A DNA stretch of 64,000 nt, taken from Perkinsela sp. CCAP 1560/9 (taxonomy: Eukaryota; Protista; Euglenozoa: Kinetoplastea). Positions within the stretch are counted from its first letter, which is position 1. Each line of letters opens with the position of its first letter. The stretch is taken from contig CBFFSA010000006.1 of assembly GCA_965644495.1 (NCBI GenBank), forward strand, positions 186,001 to 250,000, written 5' to 3'. A model generated the notes under the pieces. It did not search any database, was not told the DNA's origin, and saw only the letters and a program-made list of their open reading frames with translations. The position numbers and the translations under genes are program-made. Shown piece after piece: positions 12,902 to 25,754 of this stretch.

Positions 12902-13855
12902 TTAGTTTGGGTCTAGATGGGACAATGCTACCTGGAATGCAGATTCCAGAATATCATGTTTAATACTGAAACCAAACTCTGCGCAGGTCAAGCCGTCCGC
13001 CGGATTCTCCTTAGATCTAATGTGGAAGACCCTGTACGACATTTTTCCTTTCTTCTGTCTTTCGATATCCATCAACTCTAAGCAGATAGAGCGTCGAATT
13101 GATGTGTTTCTCTGCAACGACCGCACCGCATCCAGATTATCGCACCCCAGAATGACATGGGGGGCGAACTCCCATCCTTTCAACGAAGCGCGCTTTGCTG
13201 CCGCGAACTCAGCGTCGTATATGTTCTCCAAATATTGCGCAGTATACCATTGAACCAAAAGCTTGCTATTGGGATCAAAGATCGCAAATCCCATGTGCGT
13301 TAACGAGGCATCTGAAAATCCCACTACGAATCGCTTAATAGGAACAGGTGGAAGTTTGTGACACGTGTCGTTAAGCAACATTCTCCCCCAGTGCCATCTC
13401 AGCAGCCCTAGTTGGTGTTTTGTGAGTGAGTATACCGCATCTTCTGCTAGAAAAGACAGTGCCCGGGACATCATGCGAACGTCGCACACACCTGCGTAAG
13501 AAGACTGAGCCACCATTGTATCCCACATGAGAACACCTATTATTTTCATGATGTTGCGCACGGAATCGCGTGTTTTCAGTTGTATCGTACTCCACCGGGA
13601 CATGTTCGATGATGTATGCATCCAGCAGAGATTGCCATTCTTCAGGGAGAAGTCAATTCCCAAAAATGTTGCTGTATTTGACACGGAAACATACTTCCAC
13701 TCAATATTACAACCTTTAGGCGGATGCTTGCTGGCTTTTCGTAAATTTGATGTCAACTGATCAAGAATGTTTTTATGATGAGCCACTGCGAACACATTAT
13801 CAATCCACAAGAAAATTGCAACTTTTTGATTTGTCTTAATATTTATTAGAAACAT
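12902..13855 (-). CDS. 5'-truncated RT/RNase H of a DIRS/VIPER-type element
   Basis: LWIDNVF (YxDD-equivalent), TFLGIDF, FSDAS, AEFAA, GCDN and HIRSKENPADGLT, typical of DIRS RNase H. Confidence 0.85.
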   Translation of the reverse strand: MFLINIKTNQKVAIFLWIDNVFAVAHHKNILDQLTSNLRKASKHPPKGCNIEWKYVSVSNTATFLGIDFSLKNGNLCWMHTSSNMSRWSTIQLKTRDSVRNIMKIIGVLMWDTMVAQSSYAGVCDVRMMSRALSFLAEDAVYSLTKHQLGLLRWHWGRMLLNDTCHKLPPVPIKRFVVGFSDASLTHMGFAIFDPNSKLLVQWYTAQYLENIYDAEFAAAKRASLKGWEFAPHVILGCDNLDAVRSLQRNTSIRRSICLELMDIERQKKGKMSYRVFHIRSKENPADGLTCAEFGFSIKHDILESAFQVALSHLDPN

Positions 13856-13969
13856 GAAAGCCGGTGGACTTTCAGTAGTGTCTCGTACCTGATGTACTTC
13901 GTATCCTATAGGACATGCTCTATATCATCCTATATGATATAGGATGATCATATAGGTCACCTATATGAT

Positions 13970-14150
13970 CCGGTAACCTTGCAAAGTAGACCTTGAACAA
14001 CCCATTGCTGAGCGATTCCAAAGAAAGCAACCAAAGGATTCTTTGGAAACTTTACTATACCCCTTTTCTCTACAGAAACCCTTTAGAACTTCAATTCTAT
14101 TTTCATACAGCTTTCGCGTACTTGGCGCAATAGATTGCAAGCAATTCTTG
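13970..14150 (-). pseudogene. Tyrosine recombinase N-terminal (SAM-like) fragment
   Basis: Manual translation: LQSIAPSTRKLYENRIEVLKGFCREKG...FGCFLWNRSAMGCSRSTLQGYR. Confidence 0.65.
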
Positions 14151-16244
14151 AAGCAATAGATTGCAGGCGAGACGCTCGACGAAACTTTCTGTGCGAGGGA
14201 GGCTTCCTTGACTTTGGTATTCTTGCATAGGTAGCAAAACTAGATTCTCACAGAAGGAGGTTCTGGATATGTACAAATAATTAATAAGAATACAATATAT
14301 TTGTAGTAGGGATATTTTATCTTTGTTTCTCTGGATTTCTAATATGTAGTATGTATGTGCGTACTACCTCTGTTTCCATTATTGGGGCTGTAAATAATGG
14401 CTAATCTGAAGAATCTTTGTTTAATGATGTGTCTACTCTAATAATGAGGTGTATGCAGAGTCTTCACCACGTCGTATTATCTCTTGTGATAATTGCAATA
14501 CAGAACCAAATATTATCCAAAAACGATTCAAGGTCTTTCTTTTTCTTCTCTTCTCTGGAATACGCTTACTGATTTCCCTTAAATCAATCCATGTGTCATG
14601 GCACACATAGCTATAAATTTATTAATAAGTATATTGGGCGGCAGTACGTTGTACATCACTTTCAAATTGAGAAAAATGGGTTTATTATCAAAGGGTTTAT
14701 AAGTAAAGAAATAACGTCGAATATCTAGCAATCACGCGAATAACTACTCCCCATCATACGTTGAAATCATGTATTTTTAAAACTTTGGAATCAAAACTTG
14801 GAGTAATAATATATTGTACTTCGATTATTATAAGTTTTGTATCACTTTAAGTGCGTGCATTCTTCGTAAAGCGAAACATCAATGAGTACTGGTGCATTAC
14901 TTGATTTATTTACTCATTGCTTAGCTATTGTTCCCATCCCCTACAGAGGGGATTGGGTCCACTTTCTTTGGCTGACCTCCTTGTTGGGCGAAAGGAACCT
15001 TTGAAACCTTTTGATAACCCCTCTTCCGAGAATGAAAACCTATACCTCTCCCGAAGAATTTTTGGTGCGGTGGGTAATTTGAGCGGCGGATGTGGTCGTT
15101 GTCCCGATTCGCACTAAAGGCGCATTCCGGGACACAGACAGGATCAAGGTTGGGGAGGAGACCAACGTTCGTGCGACAGGCTTCCAAAACTCTTGGCACA
15201 TTCTGCACCTCTGCTTTTGCGTTAAACGCCAAGAAGTGTGCCGAGAGTTCTAGCACAAAATGGTTTAGCGAAATTGCCATTGCATCGTTCTCGCGACAAT
15301 CATTCGAGGACACACCCTTTCCAGCTTCAGCAAAAAGGTTTCGGCAGAAAAGCGAAAATTTTGTTTGAAGAAACGACGCTGCAAAACGACGAAACTCTTC
15401 GTCCTCCAGGGCATCCCAGAGCTTCCCCCCCAAATGAGGACGGCTTTCGATCCCTGCCCATTCCGTTAGCTGCCCTCCCTCCTTCTCTCCGTCGCGGGCT
15501 TTTTGAATTTTCATTTCCTTTGGAGGATTGAGTAACAATTATGCCAACTTTGAACGTTGACTTAAGTCTACGATCAGAGTTTCAAAGGCCTGGACATTTT
15601 GAGTACGACGAAACCCTAGGATTTTACTTGACAATTGAGCTCGGACTTCTAGCGATTCGCCCTTGTAGGCACTGTCGACGAACTCCATAACAGCCATCGC
15701 ACATTCATCTTCGCTTATTTCTGCCATATACTTGGCTATGCTCGCCAAGCTGACATTCCGATTAAAGCGGAGTTGAATTTTTATGTCCGTTTTCGTTGAG
15801 ACTGGGTCATGCTCACTCGGTGCAACCTCAACTTCGTCTCGGTTCATGGTCAAAACGTTTCTTCGAGGCATAATAAGATATAAATTTTCCTTTTCTTTCG
15901 GCAAGTATGATCATCGAACCTGAACAGTAGGGCCTGTCAAACTATTGCCCAAACCACAGGTAAAAAAAATATATAATTTTCCGGCGATCACTGTGCCAGG
16001 CAAGCAAAGGCGTGTTTACTACGCCGAGATGGCCGCAATGGCGTGTTGTACCCTGAACAGGAAACTCCTGTGCAGGTATAACAACACGCTCATTATCACA
16101 GCTCCATAAGCACCTAGATACAGGACCCAGCCCGAGCTGCTAGGCAAGCTTAGCACAGCATCACCCCCTTTTCCCCCCTTTGCAATCTAAATTTAGTATC
16201 CTCGGGACATGGAATCCCCAGGACCCCGAAAATAAACAACACAT

Positions 16245-16602
16245 TTCGGAACACATGACCGAGGGGAGGGAGTCACGAATGACCTCGGAGGAAGATGACA
16301 ACTCCCAGAACGTGCACCCTCGGGACATGGAGTTTACAAGAAGACCTCGAATACCATACCTAAACTGATTCGGAACACATGCCCGAGGGGAGGGAGCCAC
16401 GAATGACCTCGGAGGGAGATGACAACCTCCGGAACGTGCACCCTCGGGACACGGAGTCTACAAGAAGACCTCGAATACCATACCTAAACTGATTCGGAAC
16501 ACATGCCCGAGGGGAGGGAGTCACGAATGACCTCGAAGGCAGATGACTACCTCCGGAACGTGCACCCTCGGGACACGGAGTCTACAAGAAGACCTCGAAT
16601 AC
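16245..16602. repeat. 124-bp tandem repeat, ~2.9 copies
   Basis: TTCGGAACACATG recurs at 16245, 16369 and 16493. Confidence 0.9.
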
Positions 16603-16796
16603 GAACATTCATAGGGGCTGTGAAGTAATGTCGTGCCAGGCTTCCCAAGCCATTTCGTGCGAGTCTCCCAAGCGCTTCTTTATTATAAAGATGTCGGAAA
16701 AAACATAAGAAAATACAGTAAGTAGATGAATAAATAGATAATATGAAGAAAGTCCAGAAATAAATACAAGACCTTTGTTTCCGTTTACCCACTATA

Positions 16797-18869
16797 CAGG
16801 GCCGTTTATGTCAAAGTTGAACAATTCCACAGGTTGCACATGATGTCGAATTCAAATAAAATGTGCGGAAAGCGTTAGTTTAGAACACAAGCAGATAGGG
16901 AAAAATATTTTCTACGCACATGGGCCCCTGTACTCAAAAGATGCAACGGTCCAAAAAGGCAATCTCAGGCAAAATTAACCAAGTATTTTATCATTATTTT
17001 TCGATAAACTTTAGTTTTTAGTACTGAGTTTCTCCCCTTTCCCAGAAATCACTTATTTTAACATTAGTACACATACAGTATTTAGTAAGGAATCTTCTTT
17101 CCTTTATATAATATGCACAACTCGAGTCTTTTTTTGAAGGAGACATGCAGCTTCTTTATCGACTCCTTCGCTTCTACCGAGTCCAAATATGATTCACATA
17201 CGCGCTTAATTTCACCTGCAGAAATGGGGCATTTACGGTTCTTGAATTGCTTTGTTTGGTTCCACAAGTTCTCAATTGGATTAAGATCTGGGGAATCCGC
17301 CGGCCAGCGAAGCATTAACTCTCTAGTTGTACTCATGTACCGTGACAAGTTCATCGCCTTTCGATCTTTGCACCACTTTTTTGTAAGTATGGCCCGATGA
17401 GCGGGAGCACCGTCTTCCATAAGAATAATGTTTTCATGAGTGGCTGCGTAAGGCAAAAAATGGGACTCCAATATCGACTTGCGGTAATATAACGATCCGA
17501 GTTTTAATTCCTGAGGAAATTCTTCCCGCTTTTCCCCAGGTAGCAATTCACGCGAAGCTTCATCCTTGTAAAACTTGGTGAAATCGCACCAGTGGTAAAA
17601 AACGTGTCCGTCGCCCGCAATAGCACCCCAAATCATTACTTTCGTTGGATGATGCGTCCTTGACTTATACACAATGTCAGTCGGACTTTGCCAAGCACCT
17701 CTGGACATGTCCCCCGCTTCCATCCAGGATTCGTCAGAAAATATTAATCGCTTAAAAAATATGCCTTCGGTTGCCTCGTTCTCTTTTAACATTGATTGAC
17801 AAAAAGCGACTCTTGCGTCCATTTTTTTTGGGAGAGAGACAGATTTGATACTTTGGCCTTAAAAGAATAACCACCGTAGTAGAGCAAAGCACGTAATCGA
17901 AAACGTGGAATTATCAGTCGGCCGTTGCTCATTTCTACGAAGGCGCATCTCAGACTGTTAAGAGAACGGTGCGTTGGATGGGCTGCCATTACGCTCGACA
18001 GCATTCCTTTGGCCTGCTCAAAATCTTCCCAGTTTTCTAGCACCTGGCGCACGTGTCGAACTTTTTGAAGTCTTTCTCCAGCCTTAGAACTTTTTAGAAC
18101 ATAAGTGCAGGTCGAACGGGGCAAAGCAAACATGTAACAAAGGTCAGCGTGCCGGTAAACGCCGCTCCTGTGAAACAATTTTATAGCCATTACATCTGTT
18201 TCTGTTAACCGCGTTCTAGTTCTATATATATTCTATATATTTGAACTGCGGTTCGTCTGTTCATTGTTTTTCTTTTCATGGGTCGACCTCGCTTTCCCTG
18301 TTGCTTTTGTTCAAATGTCTGGGTGTGCTGCTGGCTGCACAACAATTGCAAAGATTTAATTATTTGAAATTTTTCAGTCTCCTCTTCCCTGTATCGTACT
18401 TCAGAAGTGCTCTTTCTTCCTTTACTATCTTCAGTTCGTTTTCTAACAGAGAGCAATCTCAGCCTCTTTGCAAGTGAACTCACTGTTTTTCATGCTTGCG
18501 TTTACCCTCTCACATATTTCATCATACCGCGTTTCTTGCTTGCAGTTACGATTCACAGCATTTCGTAACTGTCGTGTGCGCAAACGCAGTTTATGTTGTA
18601 AGCTTTCGATACGTCTTCGTAGATTACGTTCGACGTTCCTCTTGCTTCGCACCTCATCCGCCGTTACTTCTGTTTGACTTTTTTCCTCGTAAAAAAATAT
18701 TAGTGTCTGAACCGCGCTTGGCGACAAAGTCATCATATTTTTCCTTTCTAGAGGAGACTCGCGCCTATCTTTTGAGGTACATACAATATGGATATAAAAA
18801 GTATGTATATAAAAAATTGAACAAAACATATACTTGTAAGAACTGTTCAAAAAATGCTGAACGACCCTG
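16797..18869 (-). mobile_element. Tc1/IS630-like transposon, DD46E, fragmented transposase (17082-~18740)
   Basis: Imperfect TIR TA|CAGGGYCGTTYA..TTGAACA at both ends; FSDES, KVMIWGAI, MEDGAPAH and WPADSPDLNPIENLW motifs. Confidence 0.8.
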
Positions 18870-19950
18870 TAGCTCAATACTTTATCCGTTTAATATTGCG
18901 TTTTGTTCTGCACTCTTCCCTCACACTTTCCCGTGTTTTTGCACGAGAACGCCGGGCTTGGGACCGGTATCTAGCGTGTTTCTGGAGCTTTGATAATGTA
19001 GTACTGTCACCCCCCCTTTATACTTCCGCCGGTTTCGGTACTTTTGGAAGTATAAAGGGGGGGGGTCTGACTTTTAGGAGTATAAAGGGGGGGGTCTGAT
19101 TTTTTGAAAAATCCGCGAAACAAATATTTTTGAAAAAGGGGCAAAAAAAAATATGCGCCGCTTCCTATTATTCTAGCTAAAAATCAATCATCTAATCTCC
19201 AAACATGCAGGGCATAATGTTTGCTTCCGTGTTCCTCTTGCACACAATCAACATACGCTATATATTACGCTGTAGTGAATACGTGTCGAGACGATCTACG
19301 ATTAGAAGCTTCATGGGACAGTCTTTCAAACGATGTACATTCGCCTTTGCTGCAGCAGGCGCATGTCCGCGCTGGCTGTCATCCCGCCCAGTTCGCTAAG
19401 GAGGAGTTCGTCAATTTTTTCGCATCTCGACATGTTGGTCCTTGTGCAAACCCTTGTGCAAACCCTATCGCGCTTGCGACTACGATAGATTTACTTTTTT
19501 CTGGAAATATCCGACACCATTTTTCCGGATGGAGCGGATGGTTCGAGATCAGACGCCGTACTTCTCGCTGATTTGTGGAGCACTGCTATTCGAATGACAC
19601 ACATTCAACTTCTCCTACATTGTTGGGTTCTTTCCTCCCTGGGGTGAACCGACGGACACTGGTAATGTCGCAGGCTCCGCGCTTGAAACCATTATTTCGT
19701 TGGGAGGCCGAACGCGATGAAGAGGGGGATAAAGCTTAACCCACTGTGAGTATTGGGAAAATACTCCTTGGGGGAGTATACATGGGAAAAAATACGGCAA
19801 ATAATTTAAATGTATATCTAGCAATATCTCTACACACATCTCTAACGTTTAAAAAATGTAGAAAATTGTTATTTTTATAAAAACGTAGAAGTTTTTCTGT
19901 AACGGAGATTCCTGCTACGATCCCGTAGCCCTAGTCGGCCAAACGGGTTG

Positions 19951-20027
19951 TCTTATCTTATCTTATCTTATCTTATCTTATCTTATCTTATCTTATCTTA
20001 TCTTATCTTATCTTATCTTATCTTATC
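19951..20027. repeat. (TCTTA)n microsatellite
   Basis: About 15 perfect pentamer units. Confidence 0.97.
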
Positions 20028-20309
20028 CAATTTGAACGCCTTAGAGAGTCTTTACACAATTCTACTGCGAAAACAAAAGGAAAATTGGCGAAAAGAAAGT
20101 CGAAAATTTTCTTTTTTTTGGGTACATTCTCACCCAACGTTACCCAAAAAAATACATTTAATATATATTTTAAAATATATTTAAAAAAAATATAAAAAGT
20201 CCTTTAAAGGAACTTTCATCCACTGAAAAAAACTTTTTTTACTATAAAAAAGTTTCCGCGAACCCTGTATATTTTCAATAATCAGAATCATCGCAATCTC
20301 AATATTCCC

Positions 20310-21032
20310 ATGCTACTGAGAACACTAATTTTCCGTGACCAGCTTAAGAATCTATCTGATTCTTCAAAGCGACTATTACATGCCCAGTACGGCGCAGCCA
20401 AATTTGAGAAACATCCTGAAGAAATCACTATACCCGGAAACTTTAGGTGGCATTCCCATCCATTTTATCATAAGCCACTTCCTCGAGGCACCTCCGGTGA
20501 ACCTATGGAATTCGTCCTCGCAATACTTTACTACAATCAGCCCGTGCAAATTAAAAATCTGTGGGATTTATGCCGCAGTATTCCACTTGTTCCTCTTGAT
20601 AGCCGTAGACACTTGCGTCAAGTGATACATCAAGCGAGGCTTGAAGGATGGATACATTTCGAAAAGACGGATAGAATTTGGATGGCATATCCTACACGTG
20701 AGAGATACAACGAGCTCAAGACAACAGTTTGTGAGTGGAGGGAAAAATGGTTAAAGCAGCAAGGTTCCAAAAACTATAATAAAAACATGCCATGCGGGGA
20801 TACATTATTGAGTTTCGCGAATCGCTTACCTGCTTCTGATACAGATGTGCATTACGATCGCATTGGGGAACAACTCAATCGTATCAAGCCCATGCTTAAC
20901 AAACATGAGCACACCAAGATTGCTTACCTGCCATATACAGATCCCAACGGAAAAGTGAATTTTATGTGGTGGTATGATTCAGCCTGTAATACAAATGTTC
21001 CGTCGGCCACGTTTCGTAACAATAGCAATTAA
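20310..21032 (+). CDS. Conserved-looking hypothetical protein, probably mitochondrial
   Basis: Clean 240-aa ORF with globular composition and a short MLLRTLIFR presequence-like N-terminus. Confidence 0.7.
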   Translation: MLLRTLIFRDQLKNLSDSSKRLLHAQYGAAKFEKHPEEITIPGNFRWHSHPFYHKPLPRGTSGEPMEFVLAILYYNQPVQIKNLWDLCRSIPLVPLDSRRHLRQVIHQARLEGWIHFEKTDRIWMAYPTRERYNELKTTVCEWREKWLKQQGSKNYNKNMPCGDTLLSFANRLPASDTDVHYDRIGEQLNRIKPMLNKHEHTKIAYLPYTDPNGKVNFMWWYDSACNTNVPSATFRNNSN

Positions 21033-21425
21033 GGCTTTTTGCAAGCTTCTAAACCCAATAAATTATCATAAATAAATCTCATTGAGTTTTTTGAAGGAAT
21101 TTTTGAAACTCCACTGCCAACATTCCCCCGCACGCTAACGCTTAGTCTTATGATTTCCGCAATGTAAGAAAACTACTAGCTCAGAAAATTTCGGAGAAAC
21201 AACAATATGAATTGTATCTTCTCCAACACAACCAATGTTCTCGCATACTTTCTTGGAAAAAAAAATTGTTTGACAAACTTTACTACAGAGATAAAATTTA
21301 CAAGTGATAAAAGATGGGACGAAAACTATTCTTGATGGCGATAACGTTATCCTGAGTTTCGAAACAGCCAGTACAGCAGCATAAATTCATTTCTTAAGAA
21401 AAATTAACTTTCATTATATGATTAC

Positions 21426-22103
21426 ATGCACTCGCTGTCTCGTACGAAGTTGTGTATCGCCCATACTGGCACCGTCCCAATCCGCATATTACAGAGTTAT
21501 CTATTGAATGAGAATCGTGCGATTAAGCTATACCGGGAACGGTTTGCTTCCATACGTCGAGATATTAAGATTCCAGGATTCGGATGCCATACGAATGCTA
21601 GCGAAAAATTAGTAGGTCGACGTGATGGAACAGTGTATAAGGTTCCACCTCTGAGTGCAGGGATTTGTCGTGCAACTATAGTTGGTATCTTGTATGACGT
21701 AGTTCCCGGAAGACTTCAGCGAGCGTGTGTACATGATACAAAAAAAGTTACAAATGTACCGTGCATGATGCTGAGATTGCAAACCTTGACATTTTCATCT
21801 GACAATCTCTCAATGAACATACCATGTACCTCAAAAGATATGCATAAAATTTTGGTTCATAATTCAAGAATCAGCCAAGATTTCACATTTTTTCTTCAAG
21901 AAGCTTGCCACATGCATTCTTCGAAGAATAATGTTGCATTATGCATACAAGAAGCGGAGTGGAGAGGTAAACTTATTATGCGAGTTACTGGTGATGTCGG
22001 GTTACACAATTCATATGTGGCAAAGTACGCGAAGAAAGTACACGATCCAACTCTGCATGTACTTCATGCTGCTCATTCTATACACATACTTAGAAGTAGC
22101 TAG
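21426..22103 (+). CDS. OB-fold protein resembling the KREPA editosome/SSB family
   Basis: RATIVGILYDV..G / KDMHKI / VTGDVGL / PTLHV aligns by eye with the KREPA OB-fold pattern (VTLVGVVHDI / KDHHTI / VNGRLRL / PYIQV, recalled from memory). Confidence 0.55.
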   Translation: MHSLSRTKLCIAHTGTVPIRILQSYLLNENRAIKLYRERFASIRRDIKIPGFGCHTNASEKLVGRRDGTVYKVPPLSAGICRATIVGILYDVVPGRLQRACVHDTKKVTNVPCMMLRLQTLTFSSDNLSMNIPCTSKDMHKILVHNSRISQDFTFFLQEACHMHSSKNNVALCIQEAEWRGKLIMRVTGDVGLHNSYVAKYAKKVHDPTLHVLHAAHSIHILRSS

Positions 22104-22534
22104 TTAAACAACCAGAAGAATGAAAAGAGAAACACCGTCTAAACGAAAAGTTGATCTAGAAGGCCACTCACACACTGATAGTGCATAAAACTCGCACTCT
22201 GATAATACCCCCTTTAATATGCATCCCCACAAAATTGAGCAGGTTCGTGAAGTGAAGAGCATGGGATAAGAAGGTTTAAACCACCTGGGTTTGCCTGGGT
22301 TTGCCAATTTTCTATATTATACAGTGGTTTCAAGATATCTTCCCCCTGCGGAAACTTGATTTTTTTTCTGCTTTTTCTAATTTTCGCAGTATCGGATAGA
22401 TCTCGTTCCTCTAGTTAAGAACTTTGCCGCCTTGTTTATGTAGGGACCCCCTGGTACCCCTTGTGTCCAAAATACTGTCCAAAAAGGACTTGGTTTTTTG
22501 GGTCATTTTTCTGAAACTGCCGGCGTTAGTAATA

Positions 22535-24155
22535 CTGTACCCCCCCTCTTTATAATAGGCTCGATTTTGCCCAAATGAACCTATATGGAAGATTAAAAGT
22601 TGGCACAGAAATCACCCTACATTTTGGAGCGAGGATCCAAGAATTGTTCAATCGCTAAGTGGACCCCGGCGATCTGCTAAAGTGAAATGTCCGGCACCAC
22701 CCCGCGCCATACCTCGAAGAAGCATATGAAAATAAATAACAAAAAATTTAAGACGGTGCAGGAAAATTAAAAAAAATCTTCCTCGGTTTGCCAAAAAAAA
22801 AAGAACCTATAAAGGGGGGGGTCGAGGCTATTAAACCCCTCCGCACCAATAAGGCGCCCCCCTTAACTTTTCAAAAAAATGTCCGTTTGAGCTGATTTTT
22901 GTTGCATTTTGCAGATCTCAACACAAAGACTGCGCGTGAAGAAACGAAACAAAAAGAAACCCATATGCAAATTTTAAAGAAGAATTACAATTTTTTCACC
23001 TTTTCCCCTTTGTTGGCCACACAAGCCTTGAGCCGAGCATCGCAGCTCAAAACCGAATCATCAATATATACACTTTTTATGAGGTCTTCCTTATTTGAAG
23101 GAGTGTACTCATCGACAAGCTCTTGCACCATACTCCACACGTTTTCTATGGGGGAAAGATCAGGGGAGTTCGGTGGCCAATTTGGCAATAGTGTCATTTC
23201 GGTTTTTTCAAGATAAGCCTTAGATTCTTTGGCAGTGTGCGATGTCGCTCCATCTTGCTGAAAAATACAGTTGGGAGGAAATTGTACTTTTTTAGTGTAT
23301 TAGAAACGCATGTAATTGAGTTGGAAGAGAGAACAACAAGTTTCCTATAGCCTACCCCCACGGCACCCCATACATGACACTTAGGTGCCCAACGCACTCT
23401 TTGTCGCTTTGCGGGCTTTTTGCCTGGAGCCATCCACATCTTTTTTCTATGATCCTTTGTATCGAACAGCTTTTCGTAAGTAAAAACTAAACGAGAGGTG
23501 TCCCACTTTAGTTCTTCCCATTTTAAAGCAAACGATACCCTTTTCTTTTTCTGTACCTCCGTCAGCCCTTGTGACAAAGGCCGTGACCCATACTTGTAGC
23601 CTAGGGAACGTATATCTCTATTGATGGTGTCAGAAGATACGTTTACACCCTTTCTCTTCAGTTTTCCACGAATCTTGCGAGAAGACCCATTTATGGGGAC
23701 CGCCGCTCGGCCCAAAGGCTCAAGAGCATTTTTAACAAGATTCTCCTTTTTTTGATCCTATTTTTTACTTCAGGGCTTTGAGTATAAATATTTTCCAGCG
23801 ATTCATTTTTCAAATATTTTCTAATATGTTTTACATTAACATTAAACTCGTGAGCTAGTTGTTTCTTTGCAACCCCCTGACCATACCTCATGCGCAATAA
23901 CACTTTTCCACTTTCTGTAAGAACACCCCTCGGGAGTCGATATGTATTTTTTGGCATGACAAGGTAAAAAAGATTAAAAAAAATATTTCTATTTTTTTTG
24001 TTTTTCCAAGAGACCTAAAAATGGCGGGAACGTGCAGATCTCAAAATTTTACACGACAAAGTGGTACGATAACCCCCCTAACCCCCCTCGTGCGAAAAAT
24101 AAGGGGGGGGTGCCTTTTTGATGCGGAGGGGTTTATAAACAGGGGGGGGGTACAG
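22535..24155. mobile_element. MITE (CTGTACCCCCC ends) with a Tc1 element nested in its right TIR
   Basis: TA|CTGTACCCCCCTCTTTATAATAG; right end TAAACAGGGGGGGGGTACAG|TA. Confidence 0.7.
22834..24133 (-). mobile_element. Tc1-like transposon, DD35E, frameshifted transposase (22985-23957)
   Basis: TA|AACCCCTCCGCAC ... TGCGGAGGGGTT|TA; HVWGAVG, QQDGATSH and WPPNSPDLSPIENVW; first Asp mutated (FTYEK). Confidence 0.85.
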
Positions 24156-24801
24156 TACCTTCTCAGGTATTAGGAAGAGACGCAACCCTGAGAGCTCATA
24201 TTTTCAAAACCAACGTTTTGTCTTTTCGATGCTACCCATGTTGAGTTCAAATACAATATTAACCCCTCGACAAGAATAAGGCACGCCCTTGTTTTTCGCG
24301 CGCGGGGACTCATGGGGGTTGCAGCACCATTTTTTCGTTCACAATTTTGAGATCTGTGCGTTCCTGGGGTTTTTAGACTGTTTTAAAAATTTGAAAAAAA
24401 TAGTTTGAGAAAGTAATTTTTGAGAACAGTTTTTGTAAAATTATGGTAAAATCCAAGTATCGTCCACCAAGTGGAGGGATGACACCATGGGGAAAATATT
24501 ATAATAATATTTTGATGCCACCGAATGCGACTCTCTGCTTTCCATCATGGGATGCACGACAGGCTTCTCTAGAATCTGACGTTATTGCGACACAGATGTT
24601 CCTCCGCGGTAATGTGGAGAATATTGGATTTGCGTGAAGTTGGTTTGACAAGAAAGCGACGTTTATAGATATTTGCTATACCTGTAGTACATTTTTTTAA
24701 GTTTACTTAGGGTGTTTTTCCGTGAGTTCTTAATGCTGGTCTTGTTTTTCCCTTTGTAAACATACAAGTTTGAAGTTTCTTCCGTTCTATATTCTATAAT
24801 A

Positions 24802-24925
24802 CTGTACCCCCCCCTAGTTATCTGTCGCTACTTTTCGAGAAAAGGTGACAGATAACTAGGGGGGGTAGGGGTGCGTCAGATAACTAGGGGGGTCAAAGTG
24901 CGACAGATAACTAGGGGGGTCCGTC
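24802..24925. mobile_element. Left end of a MITE of the same family as 62356-62704
   Basis: TA|CTGTACCCCCCCTAGTTATCTGTC plus CAGATAACTAGGGG repeats. Confidence 0.7.
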
Positions 24926-25754
24926 GTCAAAAAAAGCGAGGGAACGAAATGTTACAGAAACGGTATCTTTATTGCCTAGGAAAATTCCTTTCTACCCCAA
25001 TGGGGTACTACAAGCTGAAGGCATGCGCCTACGGGTTAAAAGAAGCCCAGAGAGTAATTTACACACATTTTATTGGGCTAAAATATTAATTACGTTACAT
25101 CAAAGGGTAAAGTCATCCATGGGTAAGGTCATCCATGGGTTAAAGTAAAACATCGGGAGCTATCGGACTCCAATTTGCACAAAGGTCACGACGGGAAAGA
25201 ATGTGAATATCACGGTTTTCAAACCCAGGGTAAAGGGGACGAGGGAGATACCAATAGTGCAGGTGAGGCAGTTTCCCACGGGAAAAACGGTATCTCCACC
25301 TTTTTCGGCGCCTGTGCCACAGGGGGGATACCGTATTTCATGTGGGAAACTGCCGCACCTACACTATTGGTATCTCCGTCGTCCCCTTTACCCTGGGTTA
25401 CATGGTAAAAACATGTTCCCTAGGACTCCTTACAGCTTCCCACGCGAGGAAGTCGTCGTCGCTGCGTTTATTTTAATCATACAGGGTGGTACCTGTAGAG
25501 ACATAAAATTGTGGTATAGGGACGCATGCCACGTATATACCATCAATTATTGAAGGGAATATCCTAGTGTGCCCCCCTCCCATTCAAGGGATTCCCGTTG
25601 GGTCCATATTACAAAGCTTCCACGAACTGCAGCGGCACACATGCTCTGTAGGCATTTAAAAGCTAACGGCTTATTGCCGTTAAAAAGGCTGTATAGATGA
25701 TTGCATGTGGTGTTCGGAAGACCTCTTGCCCCGATTTCAAATACTAGTAGATGA

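Larger units (their letters stand above)
12601..16092 (-). mobile_element. Degenerate tyrosine-recombinase (DIRS-order) retrotransposon bounded by ~125-bp inverted repeats
   Basis: IR 12601-12722 vs 15962-16092; gag-position ORFs 15539-15904 and 14921-15538; YR N-terminal relic ~13970-14150; RT/RNase H ORF 12902-13855. Confidence 0.75.
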
